DNA of 64,000 nt from assembly GCA_000004985.1 (NCBI GenBank), contig GG738932.1; one strand, given 5' to 3'. Positions 42,468 through 55,300 of the stretch are shown here, piece after piece. The notes beneath the pieces were generated by a model. It saw nothing but the letters and a program-made list of their open reading frames with translations. It did no database searches and was not told the origin of the DNA. This DNA is from Naegleria gruberi (Eukaryota). Numbering within the stretch: the stretch's first letter is position 1; every line of letters begins with the position of its first letter. Both the position numbers and the translations under genes were made by a program.

Positions 42468-42938
42468 TTATTGTTCTAGAAGTTTGGGTAATTTTTCCTT
42501 CGCCATATCTTTGATTTCCTGTTTGATTTGTGACTCTGATTTTCCTTCTCTATTCTTCATAATTTCTGGTCTTATTTTCTCGATGTGTTCCTTTAATAAT
42601 TTACTGTATGGATTATTTTCCAAATTTTTCGAATGTTTTGGATTATTTCTAATAAGATACATGGCAATCCAATTAATCGGATCGATCTTTGAGTAGATAG
42701 TACTCTTTAATTTTTCATATTCTTGTTCCTCTTCCGATTTCGGATCAACTGTTGAATACTCCTTTAATAAGGATTGAAAAGCAGGAATCAGCACTCCCAA
42801 AATATTTTCCTCCAAATAAAACGACAGCTCATCGCCACCCTCCCGAGCCAATCTAATGGTTGTTTCATCCTCTCCGAGCGATTCCTCAACATGAAAATTG
42901 TATTCGTGATGAAGAGGCGAAGCAAAGTGCTTTTTCAT
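42468..42938 (-). CDS. Small acidic protein with a possible Dpy-30-like motif (DPINWIAMYLIRNNP), 156 aa
   Basis: FYLEENILGVLIPAFQSLLKEY...DPINWIAMYLIRNNPK resembles the Dpy-30/RIIa-like dimerisation motif (YL..xV.P.L..GL..L...RP.DPI.FLA.YLL.NNP), but is interrupted by an insert. Its stop lies only 26 bp from the stop of the convergent 40750..42441 gene. Confidence 0.4.
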   Translation of the reverse strand: MKKHFASPLHHEYNFHVEESLGEDETTIRLAREGGDELSFYLEENILGVLIPAFQSLLKEYSTVDPKSEEEQEYEKLKSTIYSKIDPINWIAMYLIRNNPKHSKNLENNPYSKLLKEHIEKIRPEIMKNREGKSESQIKQEIKDMAKEKLPKLLEQ

Positions 42939-42964
42939 TTTTTTAAAGAATTTTTATCGTAGTT

Positions 42965-42980
42965 ATTTTTGGCGCCATTT
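42965..42980. promoter_or_regulatory. ATTTTTGGCGCCATTTT element (E2F-like palindrome) in the 160-bp divergent promoter between 42938(-) and 43098(+)
   Basis: Fourth instance of the TTGGCGCCA motif. Confidence 0.3.
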
Positions 42981-43097
42981 TAGTCAATCTGAATGGTAAT
43001 TAGTTTAAGATCATAAAATATTAGAATTCAAAGAAGTAAGCGAGCGAGTGATAAATATTTTCATTTTGTTTGCCCACTAAATAATTAACCAAAAAAA

Positions 43098-44705
43098 ATG
43101 ACTCTACACGAAAGTACTCTTATTCGAAACAATAGTTTATTTCCCGATGATGTTTGTTTCGAAATTATCGATTACTTTGATTCTCCATTTATCATCAAAA
43201 CGTGTTCTTTAATTTCACATCAATTTTTACGTGTCATAAAATTATATTCGAATCTTGTGGTCAATTTCCTAATGATTACTTCAGAACAAATTAATCAATT
43301 TTCAAAAAGTCAATTTTTAGGAAATATAAGAAAGGTTAGAATAGCAAGTCATCAAATTGAAGGAGAAATAGGTGTTAAATTATTGGAAACTTTATCAGAA
43401 ATGAAAAATTTAACCTATTTGAATATTGATTGGAATAAAATTTCAGAAAAGTCTAAAATTATTCTTTCTGGAATGAAACACTTGAAAATACTTGCTGCTA
43501 GCGGATCTGAAATTGATAAATTTAGTCGATTGGATCAATTGACTGAACTAAATGTCAATTGGAATCGTTTAAAAGATGAAGATGTAAAATCTATTGGAAA
43601 TTTGAAAAATTTAACTTTATTAGAATTGAGTGGAAATGAAATTTCTAAAAATTCAATGAAATTTATTAGTCAGCTCTCAGAATTAACAAAACTTTCTGTG
43701 GGATTGAATTCAATTGAAAATGAAGGAATCAATTCAATAATCAATCTTTCAAAATTGACTTGTCTAAACATTATTAATGCAAATATTACTTCAGAAGGTG
43801 TCAAATTAATTGGAAAACTATCAAACTTAACCATTCTCGATATTAGTGGAAATTTAATTGGAGCTGAAGGAGGTCAATACATTGGAGAATTGAATAATCT
43901 CAAAATACTTGTGGCAAGTGATAATGAACTTGGAGTGTTTGGAGCAAAGAGCATTGGAGAAATGAATCAATTAACTTCACTTTGTTTGATAGGCAATTCT
44001 ATTGGAAATGAAGGAGCCAAGTATATTTCTCAATTAACCCAATTGACTGATCTTGATTTGGGAAGAAATGAAATAGGTAATGAAGGATTTAAACTACTAA
44101 CAAAACTTGAAAAGTTGACAAATTTAGATATGGTTTCTAATAACATTTCTGATTTGAGTTCGATTGGTCAATTGGGTTTATTAAACTGCCTTGATGTCAG
44201 AAAAAACAAAATAGAGGACACGGGCATAAGAAATATTTGTCAATTGGGTGGATTGAATGCACTTCGTCTTTGCGGAAATCCAATCACTTCAGAAGGAGCC
44301 AAAATATTATCAGAAATGGTTCAATTGACCAATTTATCAATAAGTGAGACCCATATTGATGACGAAGGAGCCAAATTTATAGCACAATTGACAACTCTGA
44401 AATATCTTGATATAAGTACTAAAAGAATAACCGCGAATGGTGTCAAATTTATTTGCCAATTATCAAAACTAATCTCACTCGATATTAATTGGAATAATAT
44501 TGGAGACGAGGGAGTGTTATATATTAGCAGAATGCAACAATTAGAAACACTAAATGCTGTTTATTGTAATATTGGATTGGAAGGCGCAAAACTCTTGAGT
44601 GAAATGGAACAATTGACCGTACTTGATGTGAAAATTAAAAGGATACCTGGAGAGGGAATTCAATTATTAGAAAATATTGCACGATTTAAATCATTAGTTG
44701 TGTAA
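43098..44705 (+). CDS. Leucine-rich repeat protein of ribonuclease-inhibitor/NLR type (about 18 LRRs of 24-28 aa), 535 aa
   Basis: Regular repeats LxxLxxLDISGNxIGxEGAKYISQL.., with a recurring N-I-G-N/D-E-G-A-K signature typical of RNI-like LRRs. Confidence 0.75.
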   Translation: MTLHESTLIRNNSLFPDDVCFEIIDYFDSPFIIKTCSLISHQFLRVIKLYSNLVVNFLMITSEQINQFSKSQFLGNIRKVRIASHQIEGEIGVKLLETLSEMKNLTYLNIDWNKISEKSKIILSGMKHLKILAASGSEIDKFSRLDQLTELNVNWNRLKDEDVKSIGNLKNLTLLELSGNEISKNSMKFISQLSELTKLSVGLNSIENEGINSIINLSKLTCLNIINANITSEGVKLIGKLSNLTILDISGNLIGAEGGQYIGELNNLKILVASDNELGVFGAKSIGEMNQLTSLCLIGNSIGNEGAKYISQLTQLTDLDLGRNEIGNEGFKLLTKLEKLTNLDMVSNNISDLSSIGQLGLLNCLDVRKNKIEDTGIRNICQLGGLNALRLCGNPITSEGAKILSEMVQLTNLSISETHIDDEGAKFIAQLTTLKYLDISTKRITANGVKFICQLSKLISLDINWNNIGDEGVLYISRMQQLETLNAVYCNIGLEGAKLLSEMEQLTVLDVKIKRIPGEGIQLLENIARFKSLVV

Positions 44706-44818
44706 AATTCAATTAAACAATTCCCTTTCCTGGATCAATGAAGATCAAGTTTTACGTCTCTTCCACCCATTTGTTGTTTTGTTTACAACTCAAAGTTCCC
44801 CGCCTTATTGATTTCATC

Positions 44819-45127
44819 TTAGTAATGATCAACCACTTTCATTTTTTTCCTCAGTTCCTTGATTATTCTATCCGAAATATCATCACCAATATAAAGTTTC
44901 CTCAGCATTCCACTAATTGCCTCGAGTCCTTCATTTCCAATTTTATTTCCCGAAAGGTTTAGTTTGGTTAAATTTTCCATCCCACTTAATGATTTTGCTC
45001 CCTCAATTCCAATAGTACTGTCATAGATACGGAGATTAGTCAATTGATTTAGTTCACTTATTATTTTAGCTCCTGAATCTCCAATTTGATTATCACTAAT
45101 TAAAAGTCTCGTTAATTGTTTCAGTTA
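44819..45127 (-). CDS. 3' part of a second RNI-type LRR gene (convergent with the previous one), truncated by the 50-N assembly gap at 45128
   Basis: The minus-strand frame encodes ...LTNLRIYDSTIGIEGAKSLSGMENLTKLNLSGNKIGNEGLEAISGM.... The frame stays open up to the gap. Confidence 0.5.
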
Positions 45128-45359
45128 NNNNNNNNNNNNNNNNNNNNNNNNNNNNNNNNNNNNNNNNNNNNNNNNNNGATCACATCAACTTTTTATGACC
45201 CAGTGAATTTGTCAATTGGGCACAAATTCGTGGAGCTGTCCAAACAGAAACTAAAGAAACAGCAAAGCCTATTCCAGTTGTGTGATCTTTCCACATGATC
45301 TCAGTTCATAATAGACACAAGAAAACACAATGCTAATAATAAAAATATAATTTTATTTA

Positions 45360-46250
45360 ATTATTGAAATATGTGGAAAGATTTCCAACCTTGAAATTTA
45401 CCTAGTTGGAAAATTTACCATTAGTGAATTTTATTGATGGTGTGATGATGATGACCATTAAGATATTTACCTTAATGATCGGACTTGCTGATGATATTGA
45501 TGATAAAAGATATGATGAAGTGAAAATTCCACAACTCGATGAATACTAAGTGGAAAATTCAAACTCTCTTGATGGTGATATTAGACATCCCTACTAATGA
45601 TACTACGTTGTTGAAATTCAATCATCATGATGAAAATATATGGTGAATGATGAATACACCACCAACAAGGTGAAAACTCCAAATATCCAAAAACTATTAT
45701 TCGGAGTGTTGTTGATGATGTATTTGAATGGTACTATTCGAAGAAAGTTTGGTTGATGATGAAGTACATGTTGAAATATGGTCCATGTAATATTTTGAAT
45801 ATATGCATGTACCTATCTTGATGAAAACAAAATTCCAATCTATGAAATTCGAATATGTATTGCTTTATACTATTACAAATAATCCCACATATGAATTTCT
45901 GATGATGATTCACCAACTTTAATTTTTCCAATAACAAAATTACTATCTAATTCCATAACAATAAACTTCCACATAAAATTACTATTATTACTATTATATT
46001 GATGATGTATAGATGATGAGGTTCAATTCTTGGAGTGGGAAGATGAAGAACCACTCTGAAAATAAACTACTCATAAAATTGATATTTTTTATGAATGCTA
46101 GATACGTCTTTATTGAGTTTGCTGTATGATGAAAGTATAATAAAAATTACTACTGTAACTACTATTTAAATGATGTTGAGATGATGATGTGAAAGTTTGG
46201 TAGCTTACAGATATGAAACCACTCAAAGAATCATCAAGTCATTGACTTTA
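45360..46250. repeat. Array of degenerate short repeats (unit ~60-130 bp) rich in (T)GATGATG, AAAATTACTA(T/C)T and GAAA(T/G)TTTGG motifs; noncoding
   Basis: GATGATG-containing blocks recur roughly every 40-60 nt. Units such as aaaaattactactgtaactactatttaaatgatgttgagatgatgatgtgaaagtttgg match the 3290..3470 array. No ORF exceeds 70 aa. The array lies next to both assembly gaps. Confidence 0.45.
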
Positions 46251-46342
46251 TTTTTAGGTCTTCATTAAGTTGATCAGGTGAAACGGTTTCAAGATGCTTT
46301 CTTCTCTCACCCAAAGAAGTGATGGTGTTGAAAATAGCATCA

Positions 46343-49300
46343 NNNNNNNNNNNNNNNNNNNNNNNNNNNNNNNNNNNNNNNNNNNNNNNNNNNNNNNNNN
46401 NNNNNNNNNNNNNNNNNNNNNNNNNNNNNNNNNNNNNNNNNNNNNNNNNNNNNNNNNNNNNNNNNNNNNNNNNNNNNNNNNNNNNNNNNNNNNNNNNNNN
46501 NNNNNNNNNNNNNNNNNNNNNNNNNNNNNNNNNNNNNNNNNNNNNNNNNNNNNNNNNNNNNNNNNNNNNNNNNNNNNNNNNNNNNNNNNNNNNNNNNNNN
46601 NNNNNNNNNNNNNNNNNNNNNNNNNNNNNNNNNNNNNNNNNNNNNNNNNNNNNNNNNNNNNNNNNNNNNNNNNNNNNNNNNNNNNNNNNNNNNNNNNNNN
46701 NNNNNNNNNNNNNNNNNNNNNNNNNNNNNNNNNNNNNNNNNNNNNNNNNNNNNNNNNNNNNNNNNNNNNNNNNNNNNNNNNNNNNNNNNNNNNNNNNNNN
46801 NNNNNNNNNNNNNNNNNNNNNNNNNNNNNNNNNNNNNNNNNNNNNNNNNNNNNNNNNNNNNNNNNNNNNNNNNNNNNNNNNNNNNNNNNNNNNNNNNNNN
46901 NNNNNNNNNNNNNNNNNNNNNNNNNNNNNNNNNNNNNNNNNNNNNNNNNNNNNNNNNNNNNNNNNNNNNNNNNNNNNNNNNNNNNNNNNNNNNNNNNNNN
47001 NNNNNNNNNNNNNNNNNNNNNNNNNNNNNNNNNNNNNNNNNNNNNNNNNNNNNNNNNNNNNNNNNNNNNNNNNNNNNNNNNNNNNNNNNNNNNNNNNNNN
47101 NNNNNNNNNNNNNNNNNNNNNNNNNNNNNNNNNNNNNNNNNNNNNNNNNNNNNNNNNNNNNNNNNNNNNNNNNNNNNNNNNNNNNNNNNNNNNNNNNNNN
47201 NNNNNNNNNNNNNNNNNNNNNNNNNNNNNNNNNNNNNNNNNNNNNNNNNNNNNNNNNNNNNNNNNNNNNNNNNNNNNNNNNNNNNNNNNNNNNNNNNNNN
47301 NNNNNNNNNNNNNNNNNNNNNNNNNNNNNNNNNNNNNNNNNNNNNNNNNNNNNNNNNNNNNNNNNNNNNNNNNNNNNNNNNNNNNNNNNNNNNNNNNNNN
47401 NNNNNNNNNNNNNNNNNNNNNNNNNNNNNNNNNNNNNNNNNNNNNNNNNNNNNNNNNNNNNNNNNNNNNNNNNNNNNNNNNNNNNNNNNNNNNNNNNNNN
47501 NNNNNNNNNNNNNNNNNNNNNNNNNNNNNNNNNNNNNNNNNNNNNNNNNNNNNNNNNNNNNNNNNNNNNNNNNNNNNNNNNNNNNNNNNNNNNNNNNNNN
47601 NNNNNNNNNNNNNNNNNNNNNNNNNNNNNNNNNNNNNNNNNNNNNNNNNNNNNNNNNNNNNNNNNNNNNNNNNNNNNNNNNNNNNNNNNNNNNNNNNNNN
47701 NNNNNNNNNNNNNNNNNNNNNNNNNNNNNNNNNNNNNNNNNNNNNNNNNNNNNNNNNNNNNNNNNNNNNNNNNNNNNNNNNNNNNNNNNNNNNNNNNNNN
47801 NNNNNNNNNNNNNNNNNNNNNNNNNNNNNNNNNNNNNNNNNNNNNNNNNNNNNNNNNNNNNNNNNNNNNNNNNNNNNNNNNNNNNNNNNNNNNNNNNNNN
47901 NNNNNNNNNNNNNNNNNNNNNNNNNNNNNNNNNNNNNNNNNNNNNNNNNNNNNNNNNNNNNNNNNNNNNNNNNNNNNNNNNNNNNNNNNNNNNNNNNNNN
48001 NNNNNNNNNNNNNNNNNNNNNNNNNNNNNNNNNNNNNNNNNNNNNNNNNNNNNNNNNNNNNNNNNNNNNNNNNNNNNNNNNNNNNNNNNNNNNNNNNNNN
48101 NNNNNNNNNNNNNNNNNNNNNNNNNNNNNNNNNNNNNNNNNNNNNNNNNNNNNNNNNNNNNNNNNNNNNNNNNNNNNNNNNNNNNNNNNNNNNNNNNNNN
48201 NNNNNNNNNNNNNNNNNNNNNNNNNNNNNNNNNNNNNNNNNNNNNNNNNNNNNNNNNNNNNNNNNNNNNNNNNNNNNNNNNNNNNNNNNNNNNNNNNNNN
48301 NNNNNNNNNNNNNNNNNNNNNNNNNNNNNNNNNNNNNNNNNNNNNNNNNNNNNNNNNNNNNNNNNNNNNNNNNNNNNNNNNNNNNNNNNNNNNNNNNNNN
48401 NNNNNNNNNNNNNNNNNNNNNNNNNNNNNNNNNNNNNNNNNNNNNNNNNNNNNNNNNNNNNNNNNNNNNNNNNNNNNNNNNNNNNNNNNNNNNNNNNNNN
48501 NNNNNNNNNNNNNNNNNNNNNNNNNNNNNNNNNNNNNNNNNNNNNNNNNNNNNNNNNNNNNNNNNNNNNNNNNNNNNNNNNNNNNNNNNNNNNNNNNNNN
48601 NNNNNNNNNNNNNNNNNNNNNNNNNNNNNNNNNNNNNNNNNNNNNNNNNNNNNNNNNNNNNNNNNNNNNNNNNNNNNNNNNNNNNNNNNNNNNNNNNNNN
48701 NNNNNNNNNNNNNNNNNNNNNNNNNNNNNNNNNNNNNNNNNNNNNNNNNNNNNNNNNNNNNNNNNNNNNNNNNNNNNNNNNNNNNNNNNNNNNNNNNNNN
48801 NNNNNNNNNNNNNNNNNNNNNNNNNNNNNNNNNNNNNNNNNNNNNNNNNNNNNNNNNNNNNNNNNNNNNNNNNNNNNNNNNNNNNNNNNNNNNNNNNNNN
48901 NNNNNNNNNNNNNNNNNNNNNNNNNNNNNNNNNNNNNNNNNNNNNNNNNNNNNNNNNNNNNNNNNNNNNNNNNNNNNNNNNNNNNNNNNNNNNNNNNNNN
49001 NNNNNNNNNNNNNNNNNNNNNNNNNNNNNNNNNNNNNNNNNNNNNNNNNNNNNNNNNNNNNNNNNNNNNNNNNNNNNNNNNNNNNNNNNNNNNNNNNNNN
49101 NNNNNNNNNNNNNNNNNNNNNNNNNNNNNNNNNNNNNNNNNNNNNNNNNNNNNNNNNNNNNNNNNNNNNNNNNNNNNNNNNNNNNNNNNNNNNNNNNNNN
49201 NNNNNNNNNNNNNNNNNNNNNNNNNNNNNNNNNNNNNNNNNNNNNNNNNNNNNNNNNNNNNNNNNNNNNNNNNNNNNNNNNNNNNNNNNNNNNNNNNNNN

Positions 49301-52300
49301 NNNNNNNNNNNNNNNNNNNNNNNNNNNNNNNNNNNNNNNNNNNNNNNNNNNNNNNNNNNNNNNNNNNNNNNNNNNNNNNNNNNNNNNNNNNNNNNNNNNN
49401 NNNNNNNNNNNNNNNNNNNNNNNNNNNNNNNNNNNNNNNNNNNNNNNNNNNNNNNNNNNNNNNNNNNNNNNNNNNNNNNNNNNNNNNNNNNNNNNNNNNN
49501 NNNNNNNNNNNNNNNNNNNNNNNNNNNNNNNNNNNNNNNNNNNNNNNNNNNNNNNNNNNNNNNNNNNNNNNNNNNNNNNNNNNNNNNNNNNNNNNNNNNN
49601 NNNNNNNNNNNNNNNNNNNNNNNNNNNNNNNNNNNNNNNNNNNNNNNNNNNNNNNNNNNNNNNNNNNNNNNNNNNNNNNNNNNNNNNNNNNNNNNNNNNN
49701 NNNNNNNNNNNNNNNNNNNNNNNNNNNNNNNNNNNNNNNNNNNNNNNNNNNNNNNNNNNNNNNNNNNNNNNNNNNNNNNNNNNNNNNNNNNNNNNNNNNN
49801 NNNNNNNNNNNNNNNNNNNNNNNNNNNNNNNNNNNNNNNNNNNNNNNNNNNNNNNNNNNNNNNNNNNNNNNNNNNNNNNNNNNNNNNNNNNNNNNNNNNN
49901 NNNNNNNNNNNNNNNNNNNNNNNNNNNNNNNNNNNNNNNNNNNNNNNNNNNNNNNNNNNNNNNNNNNNNNNNNNNNNNNNNNNNNNNNNNNNNNNNNNNN
50001 NNNNNNNNNNNNNNNNNNNNNNNNNNNNNNNNNNNNNNNNNNNNNNNNNNNNNNNNNNNNNNNNNNNNNNNNNNNNNNNNNNNNNNNNNNNNNNNNNNNN
50101 NNNNNNNNNNNNNNNNNNNNNNNNNNNNNNNNNNNNNNNNNNNNNNNNNNNNNNNNNNNNNNNNNNNNNNNNNNNNNNNNNNNNNNNNNNNNNNNNNNNN
50201 NNNNNNNNNNNNNNNNNNNNNNNNNNNNNNNNNNNNNNNNNNNNNNNNNNNNNNNNNNNNNNNNNNNNNNNNNNNNNNNNNNNNNNNNNNNNNNNNNNNN
50301 NNNNNNNNNNNNNNNNNNNNNNNNNNNNNNNNNNNNNNNNNNNNNNNNNNNNNNNNNNNNNNNNNNNNNNNNNNNNNNNNNNNNNNNNNNNNNNNNNNNN
50401 NNNNNNNNNNNNNNNNNNNNNNNNNNNNNNNNNNNNNNNNNNNNNNNNNNNNNNNNNNNNNNNNNNNNNNNNNNNNNNNNNNNNNNNNNNNNNNNNNNNN
50501 NNNNNNNNNNNNNNNNNNNNNNNNNNNNNNNNNNNNNNNNNNNNNNNNNNNNNNNNNNNNNNNNNNNNNNNNNNNNNNNNNNNNNNNNNNNNNNNNNNNN
50601 NNNNNNNNNNNNNNNNNNNNNNNNNNNNNNNNNNNNNNNNNNNNNNNNNNNNNNNNNNNNNNNNNNNNNNNNNNNNNNNNNNNNNNNNNNNNNNNNNNNN
50701 NNNNNNNNNNNNNNNNNNNNNNNNNNNNNNNNNNNNNNNNNNNNNNNNNNNNNNNNNNNNNNNNNNNNNNNNNNNNNNNNNNNNNNNNNNNNNNNNNNNN
50801 NNNNNNNNNNNNNNNNNNNNNNNNNNNNNNNNNNNNNNNNNNNNNNNNNNNNNNNNNNNNNNNNNNNNNNNNNNNNNNNNNNNNNNNNNNNNNNNNNNNN
50901 NNNNNNNNNNNNNNNNNNNNNNNNNNNNNNNNNNNNNNNNNNNNNNNNNNNNNNNNNNNNNNNNNNNNNNNNNNNNNNNNNNNNNNNNNNNNNNNNNNNN
51001 NNNNNNNNNNNNNNNNNNNNNNNNNNNNNNNNNNNNNNNNNNNNNNNNNNNNNNNNNNNNNNNNNNNNNNNNNNNNNNNNNNNNNNNNNNNNNNNNNNNN
51101 NNNNNNNNNNNNNNNNNNNNNNNNNNNNNNNNNNNNNNNNNNNNNNNNNNNNNNNNNNNNNNNNNNNNNNNNNNNNNNNNNNNNNNNNNNNNNNNNNNNN
51201 NNNNNNNNNNNNNNNNNNNNNNNNNNNNNNNNNNNNNNNNNNNNNNNNNNNNNNNNNNNNNNNNNNNNNNNNNNNNNNNNNNNNNNNNNNNNNNNNNNNN
51301 NNNNNNNNNNNNNNNNNNNNNNNNNNNNNNNNNNNNNNNNNNNNNNNNNNNNNNNNNNNNNNNNNNNNNNNNNNNNNNNNNNNNNNNNNNNNNNNNNNNN
51401 NNNNNNNNNNNNNNNNNNNNNNNNNNNNNNNNNNNNNNNNNNNNNNNNNNNNNNNNNNNNNNNNNNNNNNNNNNNNNNNNNNNNNNNNNNNNNNNNNNNN
51501 NNNNNNNNNNNNNNNNNNNNNNNNNNNNNNNNNNNNNNNNNNNNNNNNNNNNNNNNNNNNNNNNNNNNNNNNNNNNNNNNNNNNNNNNNNNNNNNNNNNN
51601 NNNNNNNNNNNNNNNNNNNNNNNNNNNNNNNNNNNNNNNNNNNNNNNNNNNNNNNNNNNNNNNNNNNNNNNNNNNNNNNNNNNNNNNNNNNNNNNNNNNN
51701 NNNNNNNNNNNNNNNNNNNNNNNNNNNNNNNNNNNNNNNNNNNNNNNNNNNNNNNNNNNNNNNNNNNNNNNNNNNNNNNNNNNNNNNNNNNNNNNNNNNN
51801 NNNNNNNNNNNNNNNNNNNNNNNNNNNNNNNNNNNNNNNNNNNNNNNNNNNNNNNNNNNNNNNNNNNNNNNNNNNNNNNNNNNNNNNNNNNNNNNNNNNN
51901 NNNNNNNNNNNNNNNNNNNNNNNNNNNNNNNNNNNNNNNNNNNNNNNNNNNNNNNNNNNNNNNNNNNNNNNNNNNNNNNNNNNNNNNNNNNNNNNNNNNN
52001 NNNNNNNNNNNNNNNNNNNNNNNNNNNNNNNNNNNNNNNNNNNNNNNNNNNNNNNNNNNNNNNNNNNNNNNNNNNNNNNNNNNNNNNNNNNNNNNNNNNN
52101 NNNNNNNNNNNNNNNNNNNNNNNNNNNNNNNNNNNNNNNNNNNNNNNNNNNNNNNNNNNNNNNNNNNNNNNNNNNNNNNNNNNNNNNNNNNNNNNNNNNN
52201 NNNNNNNNNNNNNNNNNNNNNNNNNNNNNNNNNNNNNNNNNNNNNNNNNNNNNNNNNNNNNNNNNNNNNNNNNNNNNNNNNNNNNNNNNNNNNNNNNNNN

Positions 52301-55300
52301 NNNNNNNNNNNNNNNNNNNNNNNNNNNNNNNNNNNNNNNNNNNNNNNNNNNNNNNNNNNNNNNNNNNNNNNNNNNNNNNNNNNNNNNNNNNNNNNNNNNN
52401 NNNNNNNNNNNNNNNNNNNNNNNNNNNNNNNNNNNNNNNNNNNNNNNNNNNNNNNNNNNNNNNNNNNNNNNNNNNNNNNNNNNNNNNNNNNNNNNNNNNN
52501 NNNNNNNNNNNNNNNNNNNNNNNNNNNNNNNNNNNNNNNNNNNNNNNNNNNNNNNNNNNNNNNNNNNNNNNNNNNNNNNNNNNNNNNNNNNNNNNNNNNN
52601 NNNNNNNNNNNNNNNNNNNNNNNNNNNNNNNNNNNNNNNNNNNNNNNNNNNNNNNNNNNNNNNNNNNNNNNNNNNNNNNNNNNNNNNNNNNNNNNNNNNN
52701 NNNNNNNNNNNNNNNNNNNNNNNNNNNNNNNNNNNNNNNNNNNNNNNNNNNNNNNNNNNNNNNNNNNNNNNNNNNNNNNNNNNNNNNNNNNNNNNNNNNN
52801 NNNNNNNNNNNNNNNNNNNNNNNNNNNNNNNNNNNNNNNNNNNNNNNNNNNNNNNNNNNNNNNNNNNNNNNNNNNNNNNNNNNNNNNNNNNNNNNNNNNN
52901 NNNNNNNNNNNNNNNNNNNNNNNNNNNNNNNNNNNNNNNNNNNNNNNNNNNNNNNNNNNNNNNNNNNNNNNNNNNNNNNNNNNNNNNNNNNNNNNNNNNN
53001 NNNNNNNNNNNNNNNNNNNNNNNNNNNNNNNNNNNNNNNNNNNNNNNNNNNNNNNNNNNNNNNNNNNNNNNNNNNNNNNNNNNNNNNNNNNNNNNNNNNN
53101 NNNNNNNNNNNNNNNNNNNNNNNNNNNNNNNNNNNNNNNNNNNNNNNNNNNNNNNNNNNNNNNNNNNNNNNNNNNNNNNNNNNNNNNNNNNNNNNNNNNN
53201 NNNNNNNNNNNNNNNNNNNNNNNNNNNNNNNNNNNNNNNNNNNNNNNNNNNNNNNNNNNNNNNNNNNNNNNNNNNNNNNNNNNNNNNNNNNNNNNNNNNN
53301 NNNNNNNNNNNNNNNNNNNNNNNNNNNNNNNNNNNNNNNNNNNNNNNNNNNNNNNNNNNNNNNNNNNNNNNNNNNNNNNNNNNNNNNNNNNNNNNNNNNN
53401 NNNNNNNNNNNNNNNNNNNNNNNNNNNNNNNNNNNNNNNNNNNNNNNNNNNNNNNNNNNNNNNNNNNNNNNNNNNNNNNNNNNNNNNNNNNNNNNNNNNN
53501 NNNNNNNNNNNNNNNNNNNNNNNNNNNNNNNNNNNNNNNNNNNNNNNNNNNNNNNNNNNNNNNNNNNNNNNNNNNNNNNNNNNNNNNNNNNNNNNNNNNN
53601 NNNNNNNNNNNNNNNNNNNNNNNNNNNNNNNNNNNNNNNNNNNNNNNNNNNNNNNNNNNNNNNNNNNNNNNNNNNNNNNNNNNNNNNNNNNNNNNNNNNN
53701 NNNNNNNNNNNNNNNNNNNNNNNNNNNNNNNNNNNNNNNNNNNNNNNNNNNNNNNNNNNNNNNNNNNNNNNNNNNNNNNNNNNNNNNNNNNNNNNNNNNN
53801 NNNNNNNNNNNNNNNNNNNNNNNNNNNNNNNNNNNNNNNNNNNNNNNNNNNNNNNNNNNNNNNNNNNNNNNNNNNNNNNNNNNNNNNNNNNNNNNNNNNN
53901 NNNNNNNNNNNNNNNNNNNNNNNNNNNNNNNNNNNNNNNNNNNNNNNNNNNNNNNNNNNNNNNNNNNNNNNNNNNNNNNNNNNNNNNNNNNNNNNNNNNN
54001 NNNNNNNNNNNNNNNNNNNNNNNNNNNNNNNNNNNNNNNNNNNNNNNNNNNNNNNNNNNNNNNNNNNNNNNNNNNNNNNNNNNNNNNNNNNNNNNNNNNN
54101 NNNNNNNNNNNNNNNNNNNNNNNNNNNNNNNNNNNNNNNNNNNNNNNNNNNNNNNNNNNNNNNNNNNNNNNNNNNNNNNNNNNNNNNNNNNNNNNNNNNN
54201 NNNNNNNNNNNNNNNNNNNNNNNNNNNNNNNNNNNNNNNNNNNNNNNNNNNNNNNNNNNNNNNNNNNNNNNNNNNNNNNNNNNNNNNNNNNNNNNNNNNN
54301 NNNNNNNNNNNNNNNNNNNNNNNNNNNNNNNNNNNNNNNNNNNNNNNNNNNNNNNNNNNNNNNNNNNNNNNNNNNNNNNNNNNNNNNNNNNNNNNNNNNN
54401 NNNNNNNNNNNNNNNNNNNNNNNNNNNNNNNNNNNNNNNNNNNNNNNNNNNNNNNNNNNNNNNNNNNNNNNNNNNNNNNNNNNNNNNNNNNNNNNNNNNN
54501 NNNNNNNNNNNNNNNNNNNNNNNNNNNNNNNNNNNNNNNNNNNNNNNNNNNNNNNNNNNNNNNNNNNNNNNNNNNNNNNNNNNNNNNNNNNNNNNNNNNN
54601 NNNNNNNNNNNNNNNNNNNNNNNNNNNNNNNNNNNNNNNNNNNNNNNNNNNNNNNNNNNNNNNNNNNNNNNNNNNNNNNNNNNNNNNNNNNNNNNNNNNN
54701 NNNNNNNNNNNNNNNNNNNNNNNNNNNNNNNNNNNNNNNNNNNNNNNNNNNNNNNNNNNNNNNNNNNNNNNNNNNNNNNNNNNNNNNNNNNNNNNNNNNN
54801 NNNNNNNNNNNNNNNNNNNNNNNNNNNNNNNNNNNNNNNNNNNNNNNNNNNNNNNNNNNNNNNNNNNNNNNNNNNNNNNNNNNNNNNNNNNNNNNNNNNN
54901 NNNNNNNNNNNNNNNNNNNNNNNNNNNNNNNNNNNNNNNNNNNNNNNNNNNNNNNNNNNNNNNNNNNNNNNNNNNNNNNNNNNNNNNNNNNNNNNNNNNN
55001 NNNNNNNNNNNNNNNNNNNNNNNNNNNNNNNNNNNNNNNNNNNNNNNNNNNNNNNNNNNNNNNNNNNNNNNNNNNNNNNNNNNNNNNNNNNNNNNNNNNN
55101 NNNNNNNNNNNNNNNNNNNNNNNNNNNNNNNNNNNNNNNNNNNNNNNNNNNNNNNNNNNNNNNNNNNNNNNNNNNNNNNNNNNNNNNNNNNNNNNNNNNN
55201 NNNNNNNNNNNNNNNNNNNNNNNNNNNNNNNNNNNNNNNNNNNNNNNNNNNNNNNNNNNNNNNNNNNNNNNNNNNNNNNNNNNNNNNNNNNNNNNNNNNN

